Shown one piece after another: positions 40,470-49,082 of a DNA stretch of 64,000 nt (within the stretch, counting starts at the first letter, position 1; every line of letters begins with the position of its first letter). The stretch covers positions 62,001 through 126,000 of IMG/VR virus record IMGVR_UViG_3300008111_000002; one strand, given 5' to 3'. The notes beneath the pieces are model-generated. The model worked only from the letters and a program-made list of their open reading frames with translations, did no database searches and had not been told where the DNA came from. Made by a program: the position numbers and the translations under genes.

Positions 40470-42241
40470 TTAGAATTAAAAATTTAACTGTTAAAAACTT
40501 TATGAGCGTTGGAAATCAAACCCAAGCCGTAGATTTTGACAAAGGTCACCTAACTCTAGTGTTGGGCGAAAACATGGATCTAGGCGGAGACGATACTGGG
40601 GCACGTAACGGTACTGGTAAAACCACTATTATCAATGGTCTCAGCTATGCAATCTACGGCAATGCTTTAACTAACATTAAAAAAGATAACCTAATTAATA
40701 AAATCAACAACAAAAGTATGTTGGTTACTGTGACATTTGAAAAAGACGGATTAGAATATCACATAGAGCGTGGTCGTAAACCTAATCTATTAAAGTTTAG
40801 TATTAACGGACAAGAACTGCAGAGCATAGATCAAGACGAAAGTCAGGGAGATAGCCGAGAAACACAAAAGGCCATCGAAGATACTTTTGGAATGACTCAT
40901 GATATGTTTAAACATATTATGGCTCTTAACACTTATACTGAGCCTTTCCTAAGTATGAAGGCCGGGGATCAACGAGATATTATTGAACAACTGCTGGGTA
41001 TCACAATATTAAGTGAAAAAGCTGACAGTCTAAAAGAAAGTATTCGTCTTTCTAAAGAATTGATCACACAAGAAAATACAAAAATTGAAACTGTCAAACT
41101 CAGCAATCAAAAAATTCAACAGAGTATTGATGCGCTGCAAAGAAAACAAACACTTTGGCAGCAGACCAAAGAAGCAAACATCGATAGCCTAAATAAATCT
41201 ATCAAAAAACTCAGTTTGATAGACATTGAAAAAGAAATTCAAGCACATAAAGATCTTACAGAATGGTTAAAAACTAAGTCTGATATTGACAACGTTAATA
41301 GTCTTATCAGTAAGTTGAATATACAGCTGGAAAAAGAACAAAAAATTCTTGTTAGATCAGAATCTGAATTAGCTCAACTACTAGATCACAAATGTCATGC
41401 CTGTGGACAAGATATCCACGACAGTAAACATACAGACATGCTAGCACAAAAACAAGCAGCCGTAGAAGAAAGTCTACGTCTGGTACAGGAACATGAACAA
41501 GAATTTGCAGCTCTTAATGAAGCAAAGTCTATTCTTGGTGAATTGGGTCCACAACCTGCAACAAACTATGACAGTTTAGAGGAAGCACTCAATCATAAAA
41601 ATACTGTAGACAACTTGATCAAAGAAGTTGCTACTAAAACTAAAGAAGTAGATCCCTACACAGAACAAATTGAAGAATTAAAAAATACAGCACTACAAGA
41701 AATTGACTGGAATTCTGTAAACGAACTGACCCGTGTTAAAGAGCATCAAGAGTTTTTACTTAAATTGTTGACTAACAAGGACAGTTTTATTCGTAAAAAG
41801 ATTATTGATCAGAATCTAAGTTTCTTAAACAACAGATTAGGCTACTATCTTGATGCAATCGGATTACCTCATTCTGTTAAGTTCCAAAACGATCTTACTG
41901 TGCTGATTACACAGCTAGGGCAAGATTTAGATTTTGATAACCTATCAAGAGGCGAGCGTAATCGTTTAATTCTAAGTTTAAGCTTTGCATTCCGCGACGT
42001 GTGGGAAAACCTCTATCAAAATATCAACTTATTGTTTATTGACGAGTTAGTCGACAGTGGCATGGATGCTAGCGGTGTGGAAAGTTCTATTAAGATACTT
42101 AAGAAAATGACTCGTGAACGTGATAAGAATGTATTTTTAATCAGTCACAGAGATGATTTAACTAACAGAGTTAATCAAGTTCTTAAAGTTATCAAAGAAA
42201 ACGGGTTTACTAGCTACGCTACAGATGTAGAATTGGTATGA
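40466..42241 (+). CDS. gp46: Recombination ATPase, Rad50/SbcC-like (T4 gp46)
   Basis: Walker A NGTGKTT, coiled coil with CHAC zinc hook, signature LSRGE, Walker B LLFIDE. Confidence 0.95.
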   Translation: MIRIKNLTVKNFMSVGNQTQAVDFDKGHLTLVLGENMDLGGDDTGARNGTGKTTIINGLSYAIYGNALTNIKKDNLINKINNKSMLVTVTFEKDGLEYHIERGRKPNLLKFSINGQELQSIDQDESQGDSRETQKAIEDTFGMTHDMFKHIMALNTYTEPFLSMKAGDQRDIIEQLLGITILSEKADSLKESIRLSKELITQENTKIETVKLSNQKIQQSIDALQRKQTLWQQTKEANIDSLNKSIKKLSLIDIEKEIQAHKDLTEWLKTKSDIDNVNSLISKLNIQLEKEQKILVRSESELAQLLDHKCHACGQDIHDSKHTDMLAQKQAAVEESLRLVQEHEQEFAALNEAKSILGELGPQPATNYDSLEEALNHKNTVDNLIKEVATKTKEVDPYTEQIEELKNTALQEIDWNSVNELTRVKEHQEFLLKLLTNKDSFIRKKIIDQNLSFLNNRLGYYLDAIGLPHSVKFQNDLTVLITQLGQDLDFDNLSRGERNRLILSLSFAFRDVWENLYQNINLLFIDELVDSGMDASGVESSIKILKKMTRERDKNVFLISHRDDLTNRVNQVLKVIKENGFTSYATDVELV

Positions 42242-42474
42242 GTACAGAAGCGCACGACAGAATGATCTATGCTTTTCAGCAATATTTCAAATGGCAAACA
42301 CGTTTTGAGTACAAAAGATCAAAAGAGGCCGGAATTAAGGCACGATATTGGCTATCACAAATACGTAACGAGGCAAGCACAAGGCGAGTAGAAATACAAG
42401 ATAAACAAAATGAAAGAAAAGCGGCCAGAAAAGGCATAGTGGGGAGACCTCCAAACGTAAGTAAGGACATATGA
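42238..42474 (+). CDS. Small basic helical protein (Hc1-like nucleic-acid-binding candidate)
   Basis: 78 aa, K/R-rich; 'KEAGIKAR..LSQIR..A..RR.EIQ'; ATGA overlaps at both ends. Confidence 0.6.
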   Translation: MSTEAHDRMIYAFQQYFKWQTRFEYKRSKEAGIKARYWLSQIRNEASTRRVEIQDKQNERKAARKGIVGRPPNVSKDI

Positions 42475-42914
42475 CATGGACTTATCACGGACAAACTGTA
42501 GACCAATTACCTGAAGATTGTATAGGATTTGTTTACATCATCACTAATTTGATATCTGGGCGCAAGTACATAGGCAAAAAGCTGGCAAAATTTTCAAAAA
42601 CAACTTATAAAACAGTCAAACTTAAAAACGGCAACAAAAAGAAAAAGAAAATTCGCAGTAAAATTGATTCAGATTGGCGTGATTACTACGGGTCTAATCA
42701 AGAATTGCTAGCAGATGTACAAAATTTAGGCGCAGAAAACTTCACAAGAGAAATACTTTTTTACTGTAAATCCAAGGCAGAATGCAGTTATATTGAGGCT
42801 AGAGAACAATTTACGCAGAAAGTTTTGGAATCAAAAGACTATTATAACGGTCATATTCAAGTAAGAGTACACGGCTCACATATACTCAAGGCTCAAGAAA
42901 ACAAGGCAAAATAA
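42471..42914 (+). CDS. GIY-YIG endonuclease (Seg/endonuclease II-like), catalytic domain only
   Basis: 147 aa; 'GFVYIITN...RKYIGKK', 'YYGS', 'YIEAREQF', 'YYN'. Confidence 0.85.
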   Translation: MTWTYHGQTVDQLPEDCIGFVYIITNLISGRKYIGKKLAKFSKTTYKTVKLKNGNKKKKKIRSKIDSDWRDYYGSNQELLADVQNLGAENFTREILFYCKSKAECSYIEAREQFTQKVLESKDYYNGHIQVRVHGSHILKAQENKAK

Positions 42915-43283
42915 TGCGGTTTTTGGCTAGCGCAGGCCTAATTTCATGCGCTCTAAACCTGGTCTACGTGTACGCAGGGATGGAAATCTTCGCCGCAGAA
43001 GTACTCAGCAACTACCCATTTGGATGACGATCGCTAACTAAGCCCTGCGATTTTGCTGTTTGAAAAGAATATAAAAGGCAAAAAGAGGGGAGAAAAACCC
43101 CACGTGTGCGTTAGTGATAGCAGATTAACGTATACCGCCGTTGTGATAAGACGGAGCTCGTGGTACCGGACAACCGCCACTGTAATGCTCTACTGCTGTG
43201 TGACATTGTGCAACTCAGATAATGTTCATTTTTTTAGCCCGAGTCTGGGCTAAGTGTGACTGAACAATCTAGATAATATTTAA
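42915..43283 (+). ncRNA. Candidate large structured non-coding RNA (boundaries approximate)
   Basis: Dense nested helices, e.g. 42929-34/42947-52, 42973-79/43043-49, 43051-57/43077-83, 43087-90/43098-101, 43104-15/43124-35 (12 bp, 3 G-U), 43138-42/43150-54, 43160-63/43177-80, 43223-28/43261-66, 43234-41/43246-53; wobble pairs are G-U on the + strand. Confidence 0.65.
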
Positions 43284-43373
43284 AGTGCTTCGCACTAACA
43301 ATAAATTATAATTAAAAAAAGAAAAGTTGAGCTGATTGCGAAGCAACAGCGAAAGACGAAGCCTTGCTTCGTC
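43284..43373. other. Cluster of three short hairpins, two with GCGAAGC mini-hairpin cores
   Basis: AGTGCTTCGCACT 43284-96 (GCGAAGC on - strand); GCTGATTGCGAAGCAACAGC 43331-50; GACGAAGC-CTT-GCTTCGTC 43355-73. Confidence 0.7.
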
Positions 43374-43375
43374 AA

Positions 43376-43382
43376 ATAAATA
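43376..43382 (+). promoter_or_regulatory. T4-type late promoter ATAAATA
   Basis: About 28 nt upstream of the 43411 start. Confidence 0.6.
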
Positions 43383-43410
43383 AAGAATAACTTTAAGGAA
43401 TTGACCTTTT

Positions 43411-44802
43411 ATGAAAGTCAAAGATCTAATCGTCGAAAACAAAATAGACGAAGCACCGATGGGTACATTAAAATCGTTTGGATTAACATCACTATCAAAA
43501 GTTAGTCCTACAGCAAGTGGAAAATTACAATCGGGTACTATGGCTAATCAGTTGTCTGCTGATTTCAAAGAGTATCTTGGTAAAACAGGACAAACAGCCG
43601 AACCTGATATTGTATTGGCTTTCTTAAAGTCTAAAGGAATCCCTACAGATAGTGCTGAGAAAATTATTGCAGCAGGTCCAGACAAAGGTGTGCTTGCTAA
43701 AGGCATGGACGCTGTCAAGGGAATGTTTAAGGGCAAGCCAGGAGAACAACCTCAACAGGGAAATCAACCTACTCCTCAAGATACTAATCCTCAACCAAAA
43801 GGAAGAATTGAGCCTAAACTAGAACCAGAACAACCACAACCGAGTGCAGAAAAACAACCGGCGCAGAAACCCAACTTTAGTAATCAGCTAGGTGGAGGAC
43901 AACAAAAAATATCCACCGGCGGAGCAACTGCACCTGCAGGCGGATTACCGTCTACAACAGATCCTAGAACAGCAGTTAATAAGCCAGCTGCAGACACAAC
44001 AACTGCACCACAACAATCAACTGGTCGTAAGCAAGGCGGTGGAAAGGTTGCAGGCGTTCAAAGCCAATCACCGAGTGCAGTTCGTCGAAGAGAACAACGA
44101 GCAGCAGCTGGTAAATCCAGTAGTACTGGTGGAGCAATTGATCAGTTTGTTAAAACACAAACAGGTTCTAATCCTGTAACAATGAAAACAGAACCACAAC
44201 AAAATCCAGTACCTCAAAAACAAAAACAACAGCGTCAAAGAAAAAAGCCAGCTGGCAAAGTAGGTGATGCAGATTGGAGTCGTAATGCACAGCCTAGTTT
44301 TGGCGAAGCATTAGAATACGAATATAATCTGTTACTAGAAGCGTTAAGTAAAGGCCAATTAGATAAAATTTTTATGGCAGCAGCACAAGATGCAGCCAAA
44401 GCCGGAGTTCAAGGAGTTAGCAGTAAAGCACAAGGCGGTGCTCAATCCGCCGGCGGCACACAAGCCGGAGCACAGGCTAGCGGTGGTCAACAACAGGGCG
44501 GAGCAGGAGCATCAGGCGGTGGCGGAGCTCTTGGAGGATTTGCTAGAGGTCTAATGGGTCAAGATGACAGTGAAGGTGATGGAAAAGTCAAAGGCACATT
44601 AAATGTTAATCAATTAGCTTCGCTGTTACCAGGAGTTGATCCAAAATTGTTAGCACAAGCAATTACAGTTGTACGACAAGGAAAAAATCCTTCAAGAAAT
44701 CAAATGACAGCATTGGGAAATGCTATGATAGCAATTATTAAAGCTGACTCTCAAACAACTACTCAGGTAATGCAATTATTAAAAAGAGTTAGCCAACAAT
44801 GA
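43411..44802 (+). CDS. Hypothetical protein with long Q/P/G-rich linker; candidate internal head protein
   Basis: 463 aa; N-terminus 'MKVKDLIVENKIDEAP'; low-complexity middle. Confidence 0.6.
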   Translation: MKVKDLIVENKIDEAPMGTLKSFGLTSLSKVSPTASGKLQSGTMANQLSADFKEYLGKTGQTAEPDIVLAFLKSKGIPTDSAEKIIAAGPDKGVLAKGMDAVKGMFKGKPGEQPQQGNQPTPQDTNPQPKGRIEPKLEPEQPQPSAEKQPAQKPNFSNQLGGGQQKISTGGATAPAGGLPSTTDPRTAVNKPAADTTTAPQQSTGRKQGGGKVAGVQSQSPSAVRRREQRAAAGKSSSTGGAIDQFVKTQTGSNPVTMKTEPQQNPVPQKQKQQRQRKKPAGKVGDADWSRNAQPSFGEALEYEYNLLLEALSKGQLDKIFMAAAQDAAKAGVQGVSSKAQGGAQSAGGTQAGAQASGGQQQGGAGASGGGGALGGFARGLMGQDDSEGDGKVKGTLNVNQLASLLPGVDPKLLAQAITVVRQGKNPSRNQMTALGNAMIAIIKADSQTTTQVMQLLKRVSQQ

Positions 44803-45266
44803 GATTTTACGAATTTGATTTAATTAAACCTAAACATCCCGACGAACTTGTAGATAAAGGTGTATCGGCTGCAAAATCTGTGGCTAAAAAGACTATCAGC
44901 GGAACTAAAAGTGCATTAGGCATGGCCGGAAAAGGGTTAGCTAAAGTAACCGGGATGGTATTTAGAGATTTTGATCCAGCCATGCAAGATCTTTACAAAG
45001 ACGGTGATAGTAAACAAAATCAAACTCAAAAATCAGTATCTGACGACAGCAAAAAAAGATTTAAAAATACGTTGGGAAAAAGTTTAAACAATGAATTTTT
45101 AACTCAAGATGAAAGAAACGAATTAAAAATAGGTCTAACCCAGGGGTGGTTTCCAAGTATGCAATCACCTGAATTTAAAACAGCATTAGAAAAATTAATT
45201 AATAAAGAAAATCTTAACGGATCTGAATTAATATTATTAAAAAGAGTACACGCTAAACTTTTTTAA
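44799..45266 (+). CDS. Hypothetical protein
   Basis: 155 aa, ATGA-coupled to the upstream gene; starts MRFYEF. Confidence 0.7.
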   Translation: MRFYEFDLIKPKHPDELVDKGVSAAKSVAKKTISGTKSALGMAGKGLAKVTGMVFRDFDPAMQDLYKDGDSKQNQTQKSVSDDSKKRFKNTLGKSLNNEFLTQDERNELKIGLTQGWFPSMQSPEFKTALEKLINKENLNGSELILLKRVHAKLF

Positions 45267-45496
45267 AAAAATGGTAGTCCTGTTTTTTTAGTAGTTTCTA
45301 AATTATCTTTTACAATTTCACCAATTATTTTACGTTCTTCATAACTGAGGTGCATTGCTTCGGTGTAAGACATCCCGCGCATGTACCAACATAATTTAAG
45401 TACATCGCGTTTTATTTCCAGAGCCTGTTTGTCTAACTGATCAACATACTGTAAGATCTCCGGCTCTGATAGCTCTAAGACCTTACCGCGAAAAAA
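45263..45496 (-). CDS. -1 frame extension of the gp26-like gene (gp51-like/tail-assembly-chaperone GT-like segment); not in the ORF track
   Basis: Open -1 frame FFRGKVLELSEPEILQYVDQLDKQALEIKRDVLKLCWYMRGMSYTEAMHLSYEERKIIGEIVKDNLETTKKTGLPFF*; no ATG/GTG/TTG between the upstream in-frame TGA and the last 39 codons. Confidence 0.65.
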   Translation of the reverse strand, partial: FFRGKVLELSEPEILQYVDQLDKQALEIKRDVLKLCWYMRGMSYTEAMHLSYEERKIIGEIVKDNLETTKKTGLPFF

Positions 45497-46335
45497 TTTG
45501 ATTGATCCATTGTAATTGGGGTAGTAAACTCGTGTTCACAATGGCTACATTTAACTGATTGTGGTTTTAATTCGATTTCGTTTTTTAATTCACTTACATG
45601 TTCATGTATTTTTTCAAACACATCTTTAGAAGCATTGTTAATAAAATCAGTAATAAAGGTTCTGTCAACAACAGATCCTTGCGGGGTATCAATTCTAGTA
45701 ATACATCCTGATACTAAGTCAACTGTTAAATTAGTTAACTTAATAAATCCAGTTTGAAATTTTTCAATTTTTTCTTCATCACTGATCGTTTCGTCACTAG
45801 CAATTTGAACTAATTTTTGTTGTTCAAGTGTTTGTAAACTGGCTTTGGTTATTTCTTTATAAGCATACGGACGAATTTTAATAATTAACGGATCAACATT
45901 AACAGTATCTCTATATTGGAAATTATCAAATTGACCTAACCATAGTCGAAGATTCATAGAATATTCATTTTCGCCTTTGCACGAAGGGCAATCAACGGTA
46001 ATTTCCATTTCTTCGCCGTACGTTGCTAATCTTATTGCAATTAAACAAGCGTCAATATCGATAGATGGCATGTGCCATGGATCTTTAATAGCTGGAATAC
46101 AACTTTTAATAACTTCAACGGTACTCTGTCCAGATAATAGTGCATCGGGAGTTTTAAACAACAGCTCGTCTTTGGCAGTCATTGCATATACAGGATATTC
46201 GTCATTTGCACTTCGATCTAGACTTCCGTCAGGATACCAATGACCACTGGACGGTAATTTAATCCAAATTTTTGGTTGTCTGTAAAATTGTGACAACGGG
46301 TTTACATTTTTTTGTGTAGGCTGCATTTCTGCCAT
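45475..46335 (-). CDS. gp26: Baseplate hub assembly protein, T4 gp26-like
   Basis: 286 aa; 'NPLSQFYRQP..WIKLPS.G..Y...PVYAMTAKDEL..KTPDALL.G'; CxxC pairs CPSC and CSHC. Confidence 0.75.
   Translation of the reverse strand: MAEMQPTQKNVNPLSQFYRQPKIWIKLPSSGHWYPDGSLDRSANDEYPVYAMTAKDELLFKTPDALLSGQSTVEVIKSCIPAIKDPWHMPSIDIDACLIAIRLATYGEEMEITVDCPSCKGENEYSMNLRLWLGQFDNFQYRDTVNVDPLIIKIRPYAYKEITKASLQTLEQQKLVQIASDETISDEEKIEKFQTGFIKLTNLTVDLVSGCITRIDTPQGSVVDRTFITDFINNASKDVFEKIHEHVSELKNEIELKPQSVKCSHCEHEFTTPITMDQSNFFAVRS
45490..45496 (-). promoter_or_regulatory. Slippery heptamer U UUU UUC (candidate -1 programmed ribosomal frameshift)
   Basis: AAT TTT TTC GCG GTA AGG TCT TAG: X XXY YYZ pattern four sense codons before the stop. 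Confidence 0.65.
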
Positions 46336-46347
46336 TTTTAGTCTCCG

Positions 46348-46354
46348 ATAAATA
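46348..46354 (+). promoter_or_regulatory. Late promoter ATAAATA for the tape measure gene
   Basis: Motif upstream of the 46401 start. Confidence 0.6.
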
Positions 46355-46366
46355 CTATAAGCAGAA

Positions 46367-46373
46367 TATTTAT
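46367..46373 (-). promoter_or_regulatory. Late promoter ATAAATA for the gp26-like gene
   Basis: Motif 32 nt upstream of the 46335 start, inside a GCAGA...TCTGC inverted repeat. Confidence 0.55.
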
Positions 46374-46400
46374 CTGCGCACTTTTTGTGGAAAATACATA

Positions 46401-49070
46401 ATGGCAGTAATGATCGATATTCCTGGTGTTGGTAGCGTTGAAGCCAAAAACGCCGCTTCTGAACAGACTCTTAAAGAATTACTTAAGATTATGAAGAAGT
46501 GGGACCGCAAAATGGGCGGCGGTGGCGGCGGAGGCGGCAAGGGACCCGGCAGCGGAGGTAGTGGTGGCGGAAACGGCCCTTACGAAGAAAAAGGGGTTGT
46601 TGGACGTTCAATGAATCAGTTTGGATTAGCTCTAAATAGAGCCACCGGACTTACTATCAAACTTGCAGACGGTATTACTAACACACTAAGTCGATTAGCT
46701 AACATGGGTGACAGTGTTACAGGTGCAGCAGCAGTTTTTGAAAAAATTCCTATTATGGGAACTGTGTTTGCTGCTGTTGCAGGTGCAGTAGAAAAAACAA
46801 CAGCCGCTTATCAAAATGCTTCACAATCAGGTGCAACATTTGGCAACAGTGTAAACAATTTTGCCGCAGCCGCTAGTGCTGCAGGCATGACAATGGCAGA
46901 TTTTGGAAAATTAATTTCTCAAAATGGTGAATCATTACGATTACTTGGCGGCAATACAGAAAGTGGCGGAAAACGATTTGCAGACATTAGCAAAACATTA
47001 AGAGCTACCAGTCGTGACCTGTATAACATGGGCTATAGTACAGAAGAAGTTAATCAAGGATTAGCCAATTATACTAAGCTTACAGTACAGGGCGGTAGAA
47101 ATACTAACATGACTAATGCACAGTTAGTTGATGGTACTAGAAAATATCTTAAAGAGATGGATCTGTTAGCCAAGGTAACAGGTGAAACTCGTAAACAACA
47201 AGAAGAAGCACAGGCAAAATTAGCATCAGATGCGCAATATCAAGCTGCTATGGCCGGCATGAGTAAAGAAGTAGCCGACTCTTTTAGAAACACTGTAACT
47301 GGTCTTCCCGGACCTCTAAGAGATGTTGCTAAAGATATTATGGCAACTGGTTCTGCAACAACGGAAGAAAGCCAACGTTTTATGTCAATGATGCCGCAGT
47401 CTGCAGAAATGATGAGGCAATTTGCAGAAAAAACACAGCGCGGTGAAGAAATTAGTCTAGCAGAGCGTAACAAACTTAACGAAATGTTACGAGTTGAAGG
47501 TCAACAAGCAGCGTCGCAGTATAAAGACATTGGTAGATTTAGTGCAGATTTTGCCAAACAAACAAATATGTTTACTGCTGCTGCCGGTATTGGAAAAAAT
47601 GCGTTAGTAGATGGAGCAGTAGCACAAGAAGAAGCAGCTAAAACAACAGATGGTCAAGCCGCTGCTTTAGAAAGCATTAAACAACAATTAGCAGCCATTA
47701 GTAACGAATTTTTAATGATGCTATCTAGTTCTGGTATAATTGGAACAATGATGCAATTATTAGGAGCATTTGTTGCATTTGTTAGAGATTTTGTAGTACC
47801 AGCATTTCAAAATTATCTAGTACCTGCAGTCACGTGGATGGCAGAAACAATTATTAATTATGTGATACCTACTGTTAGATGGTTAGTAGAAGGTTTAATA
47901 TATTTAGGAAAAACAGTATATGATTTCCTTGTTCCTATTTTTTCTTGGTTAGGAAAAACTATTAAACATGTAATTCATGATTATGTTGTGCCAGCAATGT
48001 TAACCATTCGCGACATAATCCAAGATTACTGGAAACCGGTATTATTAGGAGTTGCTACAATAATTGCTTATAAACTTATTCCGCAATTTATTGCTATGAT
48101 ACCGGCCTTGTTGACGCAGGCTGCAACTTATATTAGTACAGCAATAGCTGTAGCTGCGGCATGGTTACCTGCAATAGCAATGGCTGCATTAGTCATAGGA
48201 GCCTTTATGGCTATTAAATGGGCTATGGATAAATTTGGTTTAGATGTAGGAATGGTAGGTGACGGATTTAAATGGCTATGGAGTTACATTAAAGAATTTG
48301 GAAATAATCTAGTACGTATATATTACGAAATAATGGATAAAATCACAGTAGGTGATGAGTATAAAGAAAAAATAAAACAAAAAGAAAAAGATATTGCCGA
48401 AAATCAACTCGAACGAGAAAAATTAGAACAAGAAATATCTGACAGAAGAAAACGAAATCTAGCTGAAAGAGAGAGAATAGAAAACGAAAGAAAGAATGAT
48501 CGATCAAAAGCGGCTGATGGAAAATATCTAGAAGCATTAACAGGGGTTAAGATGCCGAATTTTAATGGTCCAAAATTCGGCAATTATCATTTAGGTGGTG
48601 GCGGTGGCGGTGGCGGTTTCCTTCCCCCAGGCACCCAAATGCCAGGCGGTAATAGAACTATTGATGATTATAAACCGGGAGGTGCTGGCGCCGGAGGAGG
48701 TAGTAGTGCAGGCAGTCCGGGAAATATTGATCTTGGAAGTATGACCCCAGAACAATCTGCAAGATACGCTTATAGTCTAATGAATCCGTCAGCTGCTGGA
48801 GCAGATGCTCAAAGAAAACAATTAGAAGAGAAAGCCAAAACAGAAGCAGATGCTAAAGTTAAGGCAGAAGAGGATGCTAGAAAAAAATTAGAAGGTCAAA
48901 GAACATCAGCAGCACCGCCAGAATCTGCAGAATCGCTACTTGCTGGCTTAAATAACAAGATGGATCAATTAATTAAAATTAATAAATCAGTAGCCGATAC
49001 TGCAAATAGTCAATTAACTGTACAACGAGGTTTAGGAAACAATGTGTTTGCATCGCCAACGATGGCATAA
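46401..49070 (+). CDS. Tail tape measure protein
   Basis: 889 aa, Ala-rich helical; periodic 'Y/F-V-V-P...W' amphipathic repeats and hydrophobic segment; next to the gp26-like gene. Confidence 0.75.
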   Translation: MAVMIDIPGVGSVEAKNAASEQTLKELLKIMKKWDRKMGGGGGGGGKGPGSGGSGGGNGPYEEKGVVGRSMNQFGLALNRATGLTIKLADGITNTLSRLANMGDSVTGAAAVFEKIPIMGTVFAAVAGAVEKTTAAYQNASQSGATFGNSVNNFAAAASAAGMTMADFGKLISQNGESLRLLGGNTESGGKRFADISKTLRATSRDLYNMGYSTEEVNQGLANYTKLTVQGGRNTNMTNAQLVDGTRKYLKEMDLLAKVTGETRKQQEEAQAKLASDAQYQAAMAGMSKEVADSFRNTVTGLPGPLRDVAKDIMATGSATTEESQRFMSMMPQSAEMMRQFAEKTQRGEEISLAERNKLNEMLRVEGQQAASQYKDIGRFSADFAKQTNMFTAAAGIGKNALVDGAVAQEEAAKTTDGQAAALESIKQQLAAISNEFLMMLSSSGIIGTMMQLLGAFVAFVRDFVVPAFQNYLVPAVTWMAETIINYVIPTVRWLVEGLIYLGKTVYDFLVPIFSWLGKTIKHVIHDYVVPAMLTIRDIIQDYWKPVLLGVATIIAYKLIPQFIAMIPALLTQAATYISTAIAVAAAWLPAIAMAALVIGAFMAIKWAMDKFGLDVGMVGDGFKWLWSYIKEFGNNLVRIYYEIMDKITVGDEYKEKIKQKEKDIAENQLEREKLEQEISDRRKRNLAERERIENERKNDRSKAADGKYLEALTGVKMPNFNGPKFGNYHLGGGGGGGGFLPPGTQMPGGNRTIDDYKPGGAGAGGGSSAGSPGNIDLGSMTPEQSARYAYSLMNPSAAGADAQRKQLEEKAKTEADAKVKAEEDARKKLEGQRTSAAPPESAESLLAGLNNKMDQLIKINKSVADTANSQLTVQRGLGNNVFASPTMA

Positions 49071-49082
49071 TTTGGATAAAAC

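Noticed and set aside
43053-43253. 66-aa ORF inside the structured intergenic region
   Set aside because: TTG start, no SD, unprotein-like composition; the sequence is better explained by RNA helices.
42915-43283. Group I or group II intron, RNase P, tmRNA or tRNA identity for the structured region
   Set aside because: No interrupted gene flanks it. No canonical P7 (GACUA/UAGUC), group II domain V, RNase P P4 or tRNA-like ends were found. CAGCA (43006-10) and TGCTG (43194-98) resemble P4 strands but in reversed order, which is too weak to call.
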